Assembly: GCA_013265495.1 (NCBI GenBank) | Contig: MU061537.1 | Location: forward strand, 434,001-498,000 | Direction of reading: 5' to 3' | Source: Vicugna vicugna | Lineage: Eukaryota | DNA length: 64,000 bases | Part shown: positions 1 through 22,100 of the stretch, one piece after another | How positions within the stretch are numbered: the stretch's first letter is position 1 | Layout of the letters: each line of letters starts with the position of its first letter | Made by a program: the position numbers and the translations under genes | The notes under the pieces: model-generated | What the model was told of the DNA's origin: nothing | What the model saw: only the letters and a program-made list of their open reading frames with translations | The model's database searches: none

Positions 1-2450
1 TTTATTTGTTTTTCTACAACTAGTACTGGGGACAAAGACAATCATTACACTTTGAGTGTTTATATCTTTATATCCAAGGACACTGAAGAGCAAATGTTCC
101 TTTACTACGATTTTTTATTATTTAGTGTCTTACCCCAAGGTACACCCTGGTAATCTCCAGCTAGATGAGTAAAAGAAAAGGAAATCCTAGCAAGTTTCTT
201 ATCTTCTTCTAAGTTAGTATAGAAGTAACTTACAAGTATGGGGATTGCTTTGGATTCCTCCAGTAAAATATTAAAGACAAGAGAGCAGACAGTGTAGTGA
301 AAGATGATTCTTTATCTCAGAATAAACTTGCTTTTCAGGTAAAGAGCAGCTTAAACCAGGTGTGCATCATCATAGTTTGAGAGTTTTTGTGTAACTTACT
401 CCATGTTACTTATTCAGTCTCATCATGTGTTCTGTGGTTAGGACGATGCAAGTCACTCATCTTCCTAACGCACTTCTGGTCTTAAGCCAACTGTTCTTTC
501 TTCCTTTGATCTTCTCAAGCCTCTCTGCCCTGTAGCTTTCCCCACAAAAAATGCATGATACCATGACCTTGTAAACGGGATGGGGTATATAGTGTAGCAA
601 AGCGAAGAAACAGCATAGTTATATTGAGTCCTAAGACATTTGTTTAGAGAAAAGTATAAAAGAGGGTGTGGGTGGGGGCGGAGGGGAGGGAAAGGGGAGT
701 TCTATTTGACTCAAAACTGAAATAGGGGTTTTTTTGGCAGAAAATTAAGTGAGATGTTTTTCATTCTAGAATAAAAGAATGTGAATTCTTTCTGCTGCTC
801 TCATTTAAGCTAAAAGTAGTGTTTATTTGAAAAGGCTCTCTGACCATTTGATTTTATCAGAAAATGTGGGGTTGTGAAGAAATTGGCTTCCTGAGTGTTG
901 GGGCAGGGTAATTGTCCTCAGAAGCTTGACGGCTAATACATGAAAGGAGGACCTTGTACAGTTTAAAAGATGGATATTTTAGGGTTGGTTTTTTTGTGTG
1001 GAGTGTTCTGTTTTTTAAGCCACAAAATCCTTAATGCATTTGTTTCAGGATGGAAGTGAGGATTTTTATGTGACTGTCAGCTGTTGTTAACTTTAAGGAA
1101 ATCGGTCTGCAGCAGTGAATGAAGATGATAATGTATATATGTGATATAGTGGAACAAGACAACTCTGGTATTCGTAACATGAAACAAAGGGGTTTTATTC
1201 TTTCTGTGTCTGTGATTTAAAACTCCATTCCCATGCTCTGACTTTTGTATTTCAACCTGAGTTTAAAAAAATAAACAAGATTTTTTTAAAGAAAGCATAG
1301 CATAGTGTGTCTTGGCAAGGACATGATTGATCTGAAAGAATATGCGAAGCTGTTAGTAAGGTCCTTGGTGCTCGCTGTAAAATCACAGAATTGGCGGACG
1401 GGAGTCGTGAGTACACTGGTACCACTTAGAACTCAGTGATAACAGTATCAGAAGTTGAGTCCTTACGAATTTTGTAAGAGTTTAATCTTCAGTCGGCTTA
1501 GATGAGACCTCTCCCTGCTCCCCTCCACCCTCCCAAAAGTTGACAGTAAGTAGAATTTGATTTGTTTCCAGGGAGGGTAAGATGATCAGAGAGTAGGCCT
1601 TTTATTCTTTCCGGTCCCAGGAATACAATGTTTGTGATATATATATATATATATATATGTGGTACAGCAAACTTGTCTAGATAATGTGAATATGCTAAAC
1701 CTCCTAATTGCAGAACATCCACTATCAATCCTGAAGTTACTAGTTCATGCATAATTAAGCTTCGGCCATTATTGTTTTGAAGCCGCTGTAAATTACTGCT
1801 TCCCCCCCCCCTTTTTTTCTTTAATTGGCTGGGGTGCCTGTTAAGATTAAAATTAGATATGTTGGGTTGATAATCTCACGTGTTCGTGTGGAAAACAACA
1901 AATACATGCTTTAGAGGCAACAACAATGAAATCCTTTTGAAATGTGTATTAATATCATTTAATAAAATAACTAGTTCTAAAGGTTTGATATTTTTCTTTG
2001 AGATATGGGGCTTTGACCAAGGGCCCCTTGCTTCTCTGGTGAGTGCAAATAGGAAGGAACTTCTCCAGGAGCTCAGACTGCTGCTTTGAGGAGCAGGCCT
2101 GTGGTTGGATAAACCTCAATTTTCTGCAAAGACCCTGCTTCACTGTCCAGGGCTGAAGGTGAAACCAGCTACAGAATGCAGGAAGAAAAGCCTGGATATA
2201 TCGCGAAGATACGGTTGTATTGGCTTTTGGTCTAAGAGTGCGTAGCGGGTAGAGGGGTGGTGTGTGTGCCCACATGGTTCTGAGGCAAACACAGATGCCA
2301 CAGACCACCCGTCTCGTCCCTTCCTCGTGACGACTTGCACTTTTCCTCACTTCCAGCCATTCCTTTTCTTTTTTTAAATCTCTTTGTCCCCAATATTATG
2401 TTTTTGTTTTCCTGTTTAATAAAGTATGGTTTCCTTTGTTGTGTGGTTGA
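1..2450 (+). other. Probable distal 3' UTR of the upstream gene RPRD2, with several candidate poly(A) signals
   Basis: AT/U-rich, no credible ORF, few recognisable repeats. AATAAA at 321, 770, 1270, 1961 and 2418; those at 1270 and 2418 are followed by GT-rich tracts. The identity rests only on conserved mammalian synteny (RPRD2 lies directly upstream of TARS2); boundaries are uncertain. Confidence 0.4.
1637..1658. repeat. (AT)11 microsatellite
   Basis: Read directly from sequence. Confidence 0.9.
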
Positions 2451-5400
2451 CTTTTCCCCTCTCACACTGATCTTGTCCAGCTGTCCCCTTTGACTTCTGC
2501 ACTCAGTGTCACTGAAGACAGTCTGAGCCTCTGAGATCTTCATGACCTTGTGGGTTTTCTGTTTGATCCTTGATGTAATTCACTTTTGGAAAGGGATGAT
2601 GGGTGGGGTGAGATCAGGATGTTCAGGGAGTGGTTGATAATGAAGTGGGTAGACCGTATGCATGATGATTTGTGTATGTCTTCAAAAGTTGTACAGTTGT
2701 GAGCATTTTAAAAGCAAGCATAGATTGGGGTGGTGTTGGTAGGGATCCTGGCCAGTTTTTTGCACACGTCTGCCCTTCTTGCCTATTGGCAGTCTGTCAT
2801 ACAGAAGCCACACAAACTTTGCACCATCCCTTTTTTCATAACCCAGTGAGGCCTAATAAATGGAATGTTGGGTGAAGGGATGAAGAGTCACTGCATCGAG
2901 ACCCAGCCTGGGTCACTGGCAGGGTAGAAGGCCCCAGACAGCAGCCTTGAATATGTGAAACTCGTGTCACCAGACACTTTGGAAATAGCAGCGGGTGAGG
3001 AGCACACCCGGCAGGTAGGGTGTAGCTCTGTGCGGGCTGCTCCTGGAATCCGGCTCGCCCTCTTCCGGGCCCCCTCTTGGGACCTTGACTTGCCCTCCTG
3101 ATTCCTGTCTTCACCCCAGGGAAGCAACAGCTCTTAGAATTCCTCATTGGCCTTTGTGGACATGTTGAAAATATATTAACTTCACTGAAATTGTTTTCTT
3201 TAAGCCAATCTGGAATGCGAGGGATGAGTTACCAGCTCATGTATGTAGACGGTGACACAGAATGGGTTTTGGGGTACTGAGGTGTTTCTCATACTTGTTT
3301 ATGAGTAACTGGACATGTCTGGTCAGCTGCCCTGCACGACTGCTGAGTAATAACTCATTGAGGCTACAGAGACAAAGCCGCAAGAGGGACACCTGTCAGT
3401 GAGATATCGGCCCTTAGGTAAACATCCTGTTCTCCCTTCCCCCATGTAGGGATAAAGAAAAGCACATGTGTTTTAAAGGACCAAGAGCAGTGTAAAGTTA
3501 TGTATCGAATCATTTCTGACTAGCTGCCGGGGAAGGACAGGAAAAGCCTTTAATGCTTAGTTACAACTTTGAGGGGAACGGGATAAGAAGGCTGAGATCT
3601 ATTTAGAATTACATTTCGTGATGTTACAGTTATGGTTCCATTATTTCAATTTTTTTCCTGTCCTTTCTCCTTGTTCTCACTATAACGTGTCATAAGTTGA
3701 AAACCCAGATACAGGTGGAGGGGCTAGTGAGCAGCACCAACAGAGAACAAATATAGACTAGGTTTTTTGTGTTTGACTCAAAAGGGTGTTGGCTTAAACC
3801 ATTACACCCCAGATCTGTTGGGGTTCCTAGCAAGTTAGATGTTCCAACAACATTACTTCCTTTCCCTTCCCATTGTACCCCCTTTTTGAGAATTAAGTTC
3901 TTTGCTGCATAATTTGTGGAAAGGAGGAGACAGGACGACTTGAAATTTCCTCCGTTTTTCTTGCGGTATTTCAGTCGGAATGGGTAGAAAGGAGGTGGGC
4001 AGCCTCGAGTTCCTTGTTTTCCCATCCCTGGCTAGGAATCCCTTGCACCTACGTGAGACAATACTTAAGGTCCCATATTTTCTAAGTAGCCAATCATTGT
4101 TGAGACCAACAGGGATTAGTAAAGTATTAATTCGAAATCTTGGTTATTGGGTAGTGGACCACGGTTGTATATTTCTCTAGATGTATCTAGGACCTTCTTT
4201 CAGAGAACCTTGCTCTTTCTTTGTTTTTGTTTGCTTGTTTGTTTTTTGGCTGTTTTTACTTCAGCATCAAACCAGTTACCGCGTACCTGCACTGACTCCT
4301 GTGTTTGGGAGACTTCATATTTTTCCTTTGGTCTTCACCTGACAAACCAGGGTCATTTAAAAGGCAGAGGTGGAGGTGGCTGTTTCCTTGTTTCTCTTCT
4401 ACAGACTCAGACGCCTTGGGAAAGGGAAATCTTAGTAGAGATTTTAGGGGAGCCTAAGGCTTTGTTTTCAAAGCAAAGTTCACAGTGTCCCCATCCCCCT
4501 GGTAGGATGCTTCCCCTCCTTGATTTACTCAGCAAATTTGGCTGGACTTTCTCTCCCTTTATGGCGTCTTTAGAGCAAAGTTAAAGTAAAAGCTAGACCC
4601 TGTCCTCGATCTTCATTAGTACAGGGCCGGGGGTGGAATTACCTCCCCACACCACCTACTACTGTAGCGTTAGCCACTTGGCTAGATCTTTAGGCCTCGA
4701 AAGCATTTGGTGGCAATGGTACAAACCTTCTTTACCTTCTTACATTTCTCTTTTTTACTTCCAGTATCTTTTCTACCTCTTTGGTGCAAGAAAATTTTGC
4801 TTCTACAAACTAAGATTTGGAGTCATATACTGATCCTGATGACAAGTGAGAAACGTACTTCACCTTCAGTGAGAGAATTCTTACACACAGTTTATGATTA
4901 TAAAAATAACACCTCCTCAACCAAAGGTTTAGCTAACAGGATGTCTATTCTGAGAGTGGAGTCAGGCTGAGGAGTTCCCAGAATTGACAGGGTCGAGGAT
5001 GCCCTTTACTGAGGATTCCCTTTCCCTAAACGTCTGTGAAATCTGGCATTACTTCCTAAATTCTTCTTTTTCCTTAACCCTAGTCTGGTAGAGAAAATTT
5101 GGTAAGATGCCTCTTTTCTTGACTTATTTTTTGACCCTTCTCTCTACCCCATATTAAGGCCTCATAGGCCCCAAAGTTCCAAGAAGTGTACCCTGGAAAG
5201 AAAAAGGCAGATGTACTAAATGTGATGCATCATGATTACCCTGGTCCCAGAGAGGCAGAATAGCATGGCATAAACAGGCCTTGGATTCAGATGGACTGGG
5301 GCTTGACTGCTCTGAGTGTCATTTTTAATGTTTTAAAGGGAGTATAAGAAGACCTACTACTTGTTGGGCTTCTAGGAGATAAATGAGATAGTGAAGGCAT

Positions 5401-6066
5401 GGTGCTTGGCACATAGTTGTTCTGTGATATTCTGGTGGAAATAAGAGCAGTTTCAGGAATAGATATTTCCCAGGAAGGCTAAGGGGTTAAAATTCCGAGG
5501 CTAAGACATGCTGGTCACAAATCAGAAGCTGTAGAAGAACTAGCAGTTAATGAGTTGGCCTCAGCTAGCTTGCTCTTGCCTGCTTGCTGGCTGGCTTGCT
5601 TGCTACACAGGGAGGAACGGACTAACTCTTGACATTCCTGTCTTCCTCCCTCCACTGCAACACAGGTTACACAGGCAACGATGTAGTAGTTGATTGATTG
5701 ATTGGCATCCCCTGAGCACCCAGCTCAGTGCATTGCACACAGTAAGCAGTCAGTAAGTGTTTGAGGGATGAGTGTGGGGAGCTACCATAACAGTGTAATT
5801 TACTTATTCCATCATCCCTCTGCTATCCTTACAAAGTAGAATGATTAAAGAAGGTATGTGTCAGTATATGTATCCTATGGAGTTTCAAGTCAATACAGCA
5901 ATTGGTACGTTCTTAACTCAATATTTATTGAGTGCCTACCATTTTGTTGCCTGCAATGTAATATTCCCCTGTTCCTTTTGGTCAGAGCCATGGGAAAAGT
6001 TCTACCTGTTGTCACACTTTTTCTGAATGCCATTTTAAAATTCTCAGTACCTTCTACCAACCACAA

Positions 6067-6090
6067 ACACACACACACACACACACACAC
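6067..6090. repeat. (AC)12 microsatellite
   Basis: Read directly from sequence. Confidence 0.9.
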
Positions 6091-6879
6091 TCAGTCACAA
6101 GTAATCTTCCTCTTCCACAGTCTTGTTTCTTTTTGTATTTCAGGGTGTCTAACATATCAGAAGATGGAGCCAAGATCCAAAGTGGTGGTGCCTATGACAC
6201 AGATCAACTGCTCCCTCTCCCAGACAGAACCTCTGGCCTCTGGAAACCTAGATTAAACATCTTTCTCTGACAGCTCTTCCTCCACAATCTTTGATTTCAT
6301 CACCACTGGAAACTTGAGAACAAACTCCAACCATCCCCACCCCCAGGTGAAGGAACTAATGGGCTTTACTGAAGACCTCACAGCTGCCCTCAAGTTCATT
6401 TCTCATTTTTTACTACAAACCTGGCCATGTTTAAATTTTTACTGTGTAAAACAAATTGTATCTAGTCCTGTGTTCTGGATATAACAGGGAAGAGAAGGGA
6501 TAAAGGAAGTTGAGAGCTAGGATGGGAATGAGAGGCAAAGGTCTTGTGTAGGAAACAGAGAGCTAATATTCTAGGGTCAGGCACTTCTTTCTGAAGTGAT
6601 GGGCAAATTATATTGGGAGTAAACTCTATTACCAGACAAAATCTAGTGTGGTATAAGAATACAAGACTTGCATTCAGAAACCAGCATCAGCGCTTACTGT
6701 TTGATCTTAAATCATTTACCTTCTCTTCCCTTAAATTCCTCATTTGTAAGATTAAGAGGTCTCTAAGAGCCCTCTTTAAGCACCATGAGTATGAAAGGAC
6801 TCCAAGATGCACCCTCTTCAGATTCTTTGCTCCAGCCTCAAAGTTGTTATATATTCGTTTATTCTCATAGCTTGTCGCT

Positions 6880-7080
6880 ATTGTTGCCTATTACCGTGTA
6901 CTGCGCAGTATATTAGATAATTTACATAAAATTAACCTCAACAATTCATAATTATACTATTATTATTCCCATTTTATAGGTGAGAAAATTGAAGCTTAGA
7001 AAAAGTTAAGAAATTTACCAAAAATTTTACATAGTGATCCAGGACACTAGGTCTGTCTCGTTCCAAAGTCTTACGTGTTT
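6880..7080 (-). mobile_element. MIR-family SINE remnant
   Basis: attattccccattttataggtgagaaaattgaagcttagaaaaagttaag resembles the MIR core; boundaries approximate. Confidence 0.6.
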
Positions 7081-7229
7081 CCTACCTGCCAGTGAAAACT
7101 ATGTGAAAGAAAACTTATGGTTGAAAGGCAATGACTACTCGTCCGTTTTTCTCCCACTCTTTCTCTGGAGACTTTTCTTGCCCCTTCCTCAAAGCCGCAG
7201 GGTATCTTATTGCCACTTTAGGCTGAAAC

Positions 7230-7477
7230 TCTGCAGATCTCGGGAATTGCCAGTTTGTGTAACAGTTTAGGTCTTCCGGTCCGCCGGAACCACCCACACC
7301 GCTGCTCGTGCTGTGTGGGGTGTACCTCCTCGCAGTTCCCGGAGGTGGTCCTAGAATGGAGTGGCAGCTGTAATAACCAATAAGCATGGATATTGTTGGG
7401 CCAGGAGCCAATGAGGAATCTGGTGAGGGAGAAGCAGCGATCGTTTATTTGAGGATATAGCTGGGGTCGGAAGGAAC
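7230..7477 (+). promoter_or_regulatory. TARS2 TATA-less promoter and 5' UTR
   Basis: CCAAT boxes at 7377-7381 and 7408-7412 (31 bp apart), ETS-like CTTCCGG/CCGGAA near 7273-7290, ZNF143-like reverse motif near 7239-7256, local CpG enrichment directly upstream of the ATG at 7478. Confidence 0.65.
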
Positions 7478-18325
<10,848 letters not shown>

Positions 18326-18523
18326 GCTTCCGTATGTAGATGTGGCTCAGACCTGCAGGAGCCACCAGCCCTGCTTAACGCCGGAGAGCCCAACCTAACT
18401 GACAGAGTCTGGAGTCCCCCGGGCCCCTCAGAACTCATGTGGACATGAATCTGCTCTCCAGAAAAGAGGTTTGGTCTAGGGGAGCGGTCGCTGTTTGGAT
18501 GTGAGGAGAGTGAAACTAAAAAT

Positions 18524-18529
18524 AATAAA
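18524..18529 (+). terminator. TARS2 poly(A) signal AATAAA
   Basis: About 200 nt after the stop codon, followed by GT-rich tggatgtgtgtct. Confidence 0.8.
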
Positions 18530-18924
18530 CTTGAAGCGACTGGATGTGTGTCTTCATCTCTGACTCCTGATGGGGACATGAAAAGGAATTTGAGTCTCTC
18601 CCTCTCTTTTGTCCTAGGGGGTTGGAGGAATTGAAAGAGGACACCCAGGCTTCTCACTGGTAGGGGAGCTCCCGGGGTAGCTGCCCTGTCCCTCTCCCCA
18701 GCGCCCGGTCTCCCCAGTCCCAGTCCAGCAGGGTGTCAGATCCGTTCTCCACAGAAGCGGCATGCAAATGCAGGCACTGAGGCCTAAAATAAGGCCTCAG
18801 ACTCCTCTCGCTCCATGACTCTCAGAATCAGTTTCTCTTGGGGTTAGGTTCACCTCCATTCTTCTCAATCCTCTCAGGAGGCTTCAGGGTGAGTTTGGAA
18901 GGAGTGTCTGGAAGGAGGAGCAGC

Positions 18925-18990
18925 TGGGCCTGAGTCACGGCAGGAAGCTGAGGAGGGCGGGAGCCATCCCCAGACAGCCATATAAAAAGG
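18925..18990 (+). promoter_or_regulatory. ECM1 proximal promoter: AP-1, ETS, Sp1 and TATA
   Basis: TGAGTCA 18931-18937, CAGGAAG 18941-18947, GAGGGCGGGAG 18953-18963, TATAAAA 18981-18987, about 140 nt upstream of the ATG. Confidence 0.8.
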
Positions 18991-19125
18991 AGAGGGAACC
19001 GGCCCTGAAGCTCACAACAGCAGTCACAGCGACTGGAGAAGCAGGCTCCCAGCTGCCCAACCCTTCAAATCAGATCTGCCTTTGAGGACCTACCTGGGTG
19101 GCCGCCAACCAGTCCTTGCCCCAGG

Positions 19126-19195
19126 ATGGGGACCAGGTCCAGAGCAGCCTTGGTCTTGGCCTGTTTGGCTGTTGCTTCTGTAGCCTCTGAGGAAG
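19126..19195 (+). CDS. ECM1: ECM1 exon 1 (coding part)
   Basis: Signal peptide; donor GTGAG. Confidence 0.93.
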
Positions 19196-22100
19196 GTGAG
19201 CTGGGGTTGGAGCCAGCACTGGGGAAGGGGTCCTGGCCAGCATGGGCCGGGGGCCGGGGGCTAGCCATCCTGGCTGGCTCCTCACCAGCAGGAAGATACC
19301 CGCTTGGCTGCCCGTTTCTGAGCAGGCCCTCAGTAGGCCTGGGCACTGGGGCCTTTAACCAGGGCGGGGGAGCAGGGGCACAGAAAGAAAGGGGCTCCTA
19401 GAGTTCGCTGCCTAGAAGCACATAATTGGAGTCAAATGGACAACTCCTGAGGAGATGGGTGGATTTACAGAGTGGGCTTCTGTCTGAGGAGGATATATAT
19501 GTGGGGCCTGTTTGGCAGAGGAGAGAGGAAGAAGGGGCTGCCAGGCTGCTCAAAACCAGTCTGCTGACCCAGGGAGCCCTGACCGGCCCCCTGGCTGGTT
19601 AGGAGAGGAGATGAGAGGGTCTCAGCCATCCACAGGGGGCCCGGCATGGCCACTCTCGCTCGCACACACGTTACCTGCTTGGATACCAAACAGGACGCTA
19701 CTGAGGGAAACCTGAGAGAGCGTCATAGATCTAGTCTATCTCTGCAAGGCCCCATCTCGTTCCTCCCAGGTCGTAGTCTTTTGTGACTACAGATCAGCAA
19801 CAAGCCATTCCTTTCCCTGTGGCTGTGGGGTTATTTGCTTCAGGAGTCTTGAACCATCCGGGTTCCCCAGGTCCTAAATTGAGACTAGCTGGAGGGGAAG
19901 CACTTCAGCTTCTGGGTGGGCTCCTTATCAGAAAGTCCAAAGATGTGTAAAGGACCTGGAGTAGGTGGGAGGGTGGAAGAGATGGGCAGGTGAAACTCCA
20001 GCCAATTCAAGGTCCAGACTCGGGGGAGAGCCCAGAAGCCCTGAGGGAAAGATGCTGATAGGAGATTAAGGCCTTCCTCCCCAGCCCCATGTGTCACATT
20101 CCCTTTAGGCCTGGACTTGGGAGACCCAAGGCTTCGTGCCTGGTAAAGGTGAGGCTGTAGGATTATCACAGGGTTTCTCAGAACCTGCTCAGTCACGACT
20201 AGGTGTGTTGCCGGTGGCTTAGGGGAAGTGGGGCAGGAACAATACAGAGAAGCTTCTAGTGTCTTGGTCATCTTTTTAAGCTCTTGACCTCCACCTCCTC
20301 CCCCTCCCATTCTCAGGGCCAGGAAAGGGCCCCTCAAAATGCCCCCTGACTCACCCTATTCCAGGCTTTAAGGCTCCAGGGCAGAAGGAGCTGGGACCAG
20401 AGCACCTCACCCACCACCTCCAAGAAGGTAAAGAGTTCGGGACAGTGGCATGGGATTGGGGGTCCAGGAGGAAATGAAGGCTCTGACCATCTCCCTTCTT
20501 GCCTCTAGTTGGCTATGCTGCACCCCCTTCCCCACCCCTGTCCCAAGCCCTCCCCCAGGATCACCCTGACACCTCTCAGCATAGCCCTCACTTTGAGGGG
20601 CAGAGTGAAGGTAAGTGCACCATGCACGTGTCTCAGCTGCACGTCCGGTCTTCTGGCTGGCTTACTTCCTGATCTGTGGTGGGAAGGGGAGGAAGGGGGG
20701 GCAACTCACACACTCCCCTTTCTGTAGTGCAGCCCTCTCGCTCTCAGGAAGCCATCCCTATCCAGGAGGAGGAGCGGCCCCCTCCACTCCCTGTGGGAAA
20801 GAAAGGTGAGTGCTTGCCTGTTTCCTTGCCTCCAGCCCACGACATCTTGCTGACATCAGTCTAATCCTTGCTTCTTTGTGCCCTCACCCTATCCTGCAGG
20901 GGATCCCCCTCTTCCTCAGGAAGCCATCCCCCTCCAAGAAGAGCTGCCCCCTCCCCAGCTCCCTACGGAGCAGAAGGAAGGTAAGAGCCTCCTTCCCCTG
21001 TTTACCCTCCTGCCTGCCCTTGGCTGACGGCCTGACAAGCACGGCCTTTGGGGCTCTGCCACTTACTAGCTGTGTCGTTGCCTGGGGTGAGCTACCTCTC
21101 CAAGCCTTAGTGTCTTCATTGTAAGATTGGGGAAATAATACCTATTTTATAAACTTATGAGGTTAAATGACACAAAAGTAGCATTTATTTTCGCTTGCTT
21201 CTCTACTGAGTTCCTTCTTATGAATGGGAACTGGCCAGGTCCCCGTCTTCTAGAGAGGCCCCTCCCAACATGCTTTCTGTTCATGCACCCACCTTTCCTA
21301 TATCAAGAAGACATGACCTTCCAGTCTAAGCAGAGAGCGAGCGAGTGACAGCGTCGGTCTGTCCATCCTCCTGCTTTAGTGCTCAGCTGCTGGAGGGCGC
21401 TGGGGGAAGCAGGGGTCCTGAGCCTGGGGCAGCAGCACAGGGAGCAGGCCGGACTAGGGGCTGGGGGGCGCTGTAAGGGTGACACCTTTTATGACTTAGT
21501 TCTCTTTGCCTTTCAGTCAGTCATTCTGAAGGTAAGAGCCACAAATTCATTTCTTCCTCTTTTCCCCTGTATCCCCCCAACTCTTTCTCCTCAACCCCAA
21601 GTTCTCTCAAACCTTCTGACTCAATCCAGCCTTTCTCTATTCCTCCACATGTTTCCCCTTCCCACTCTGTTTTCCACTTTCTAGACAAGTCAGCCGCCTT
21701 CATGAATCACAAGCCCCCAGAGCCTGAGTCCTGGAATCCAGCCCTGCACTGCCAACAGGGCCGATCCCGCGGGGGCTGGGGCCACCGGCTGGATGGCTTT
21801 CCCCCCGGAAGGCCTTCTCCAGACAACCTGGACCAGATCTGCCTTCCTAATCGTCAGCATGTGGTGTACGGCCCTTGGAACCTGCCCCAGACTGGCTTCT
21901 CCCACCTTAGTCGCCAGGGTGAGACCCTCAATCTCCTGGAGACTGGATATTCCCGCTGCTGCCGCTGTCACAGCCACACAAACCGCTTGGACTGTGCAAA
22001 ACTCGTGGTAAGGGTTGGGCTCTTGACTTTGCAGGTGTTCTTTAACCCTCTAGACAGTATACGTGTGTTTCAAGGACTAGAGGCCTAAGCCTGGGGTGTA

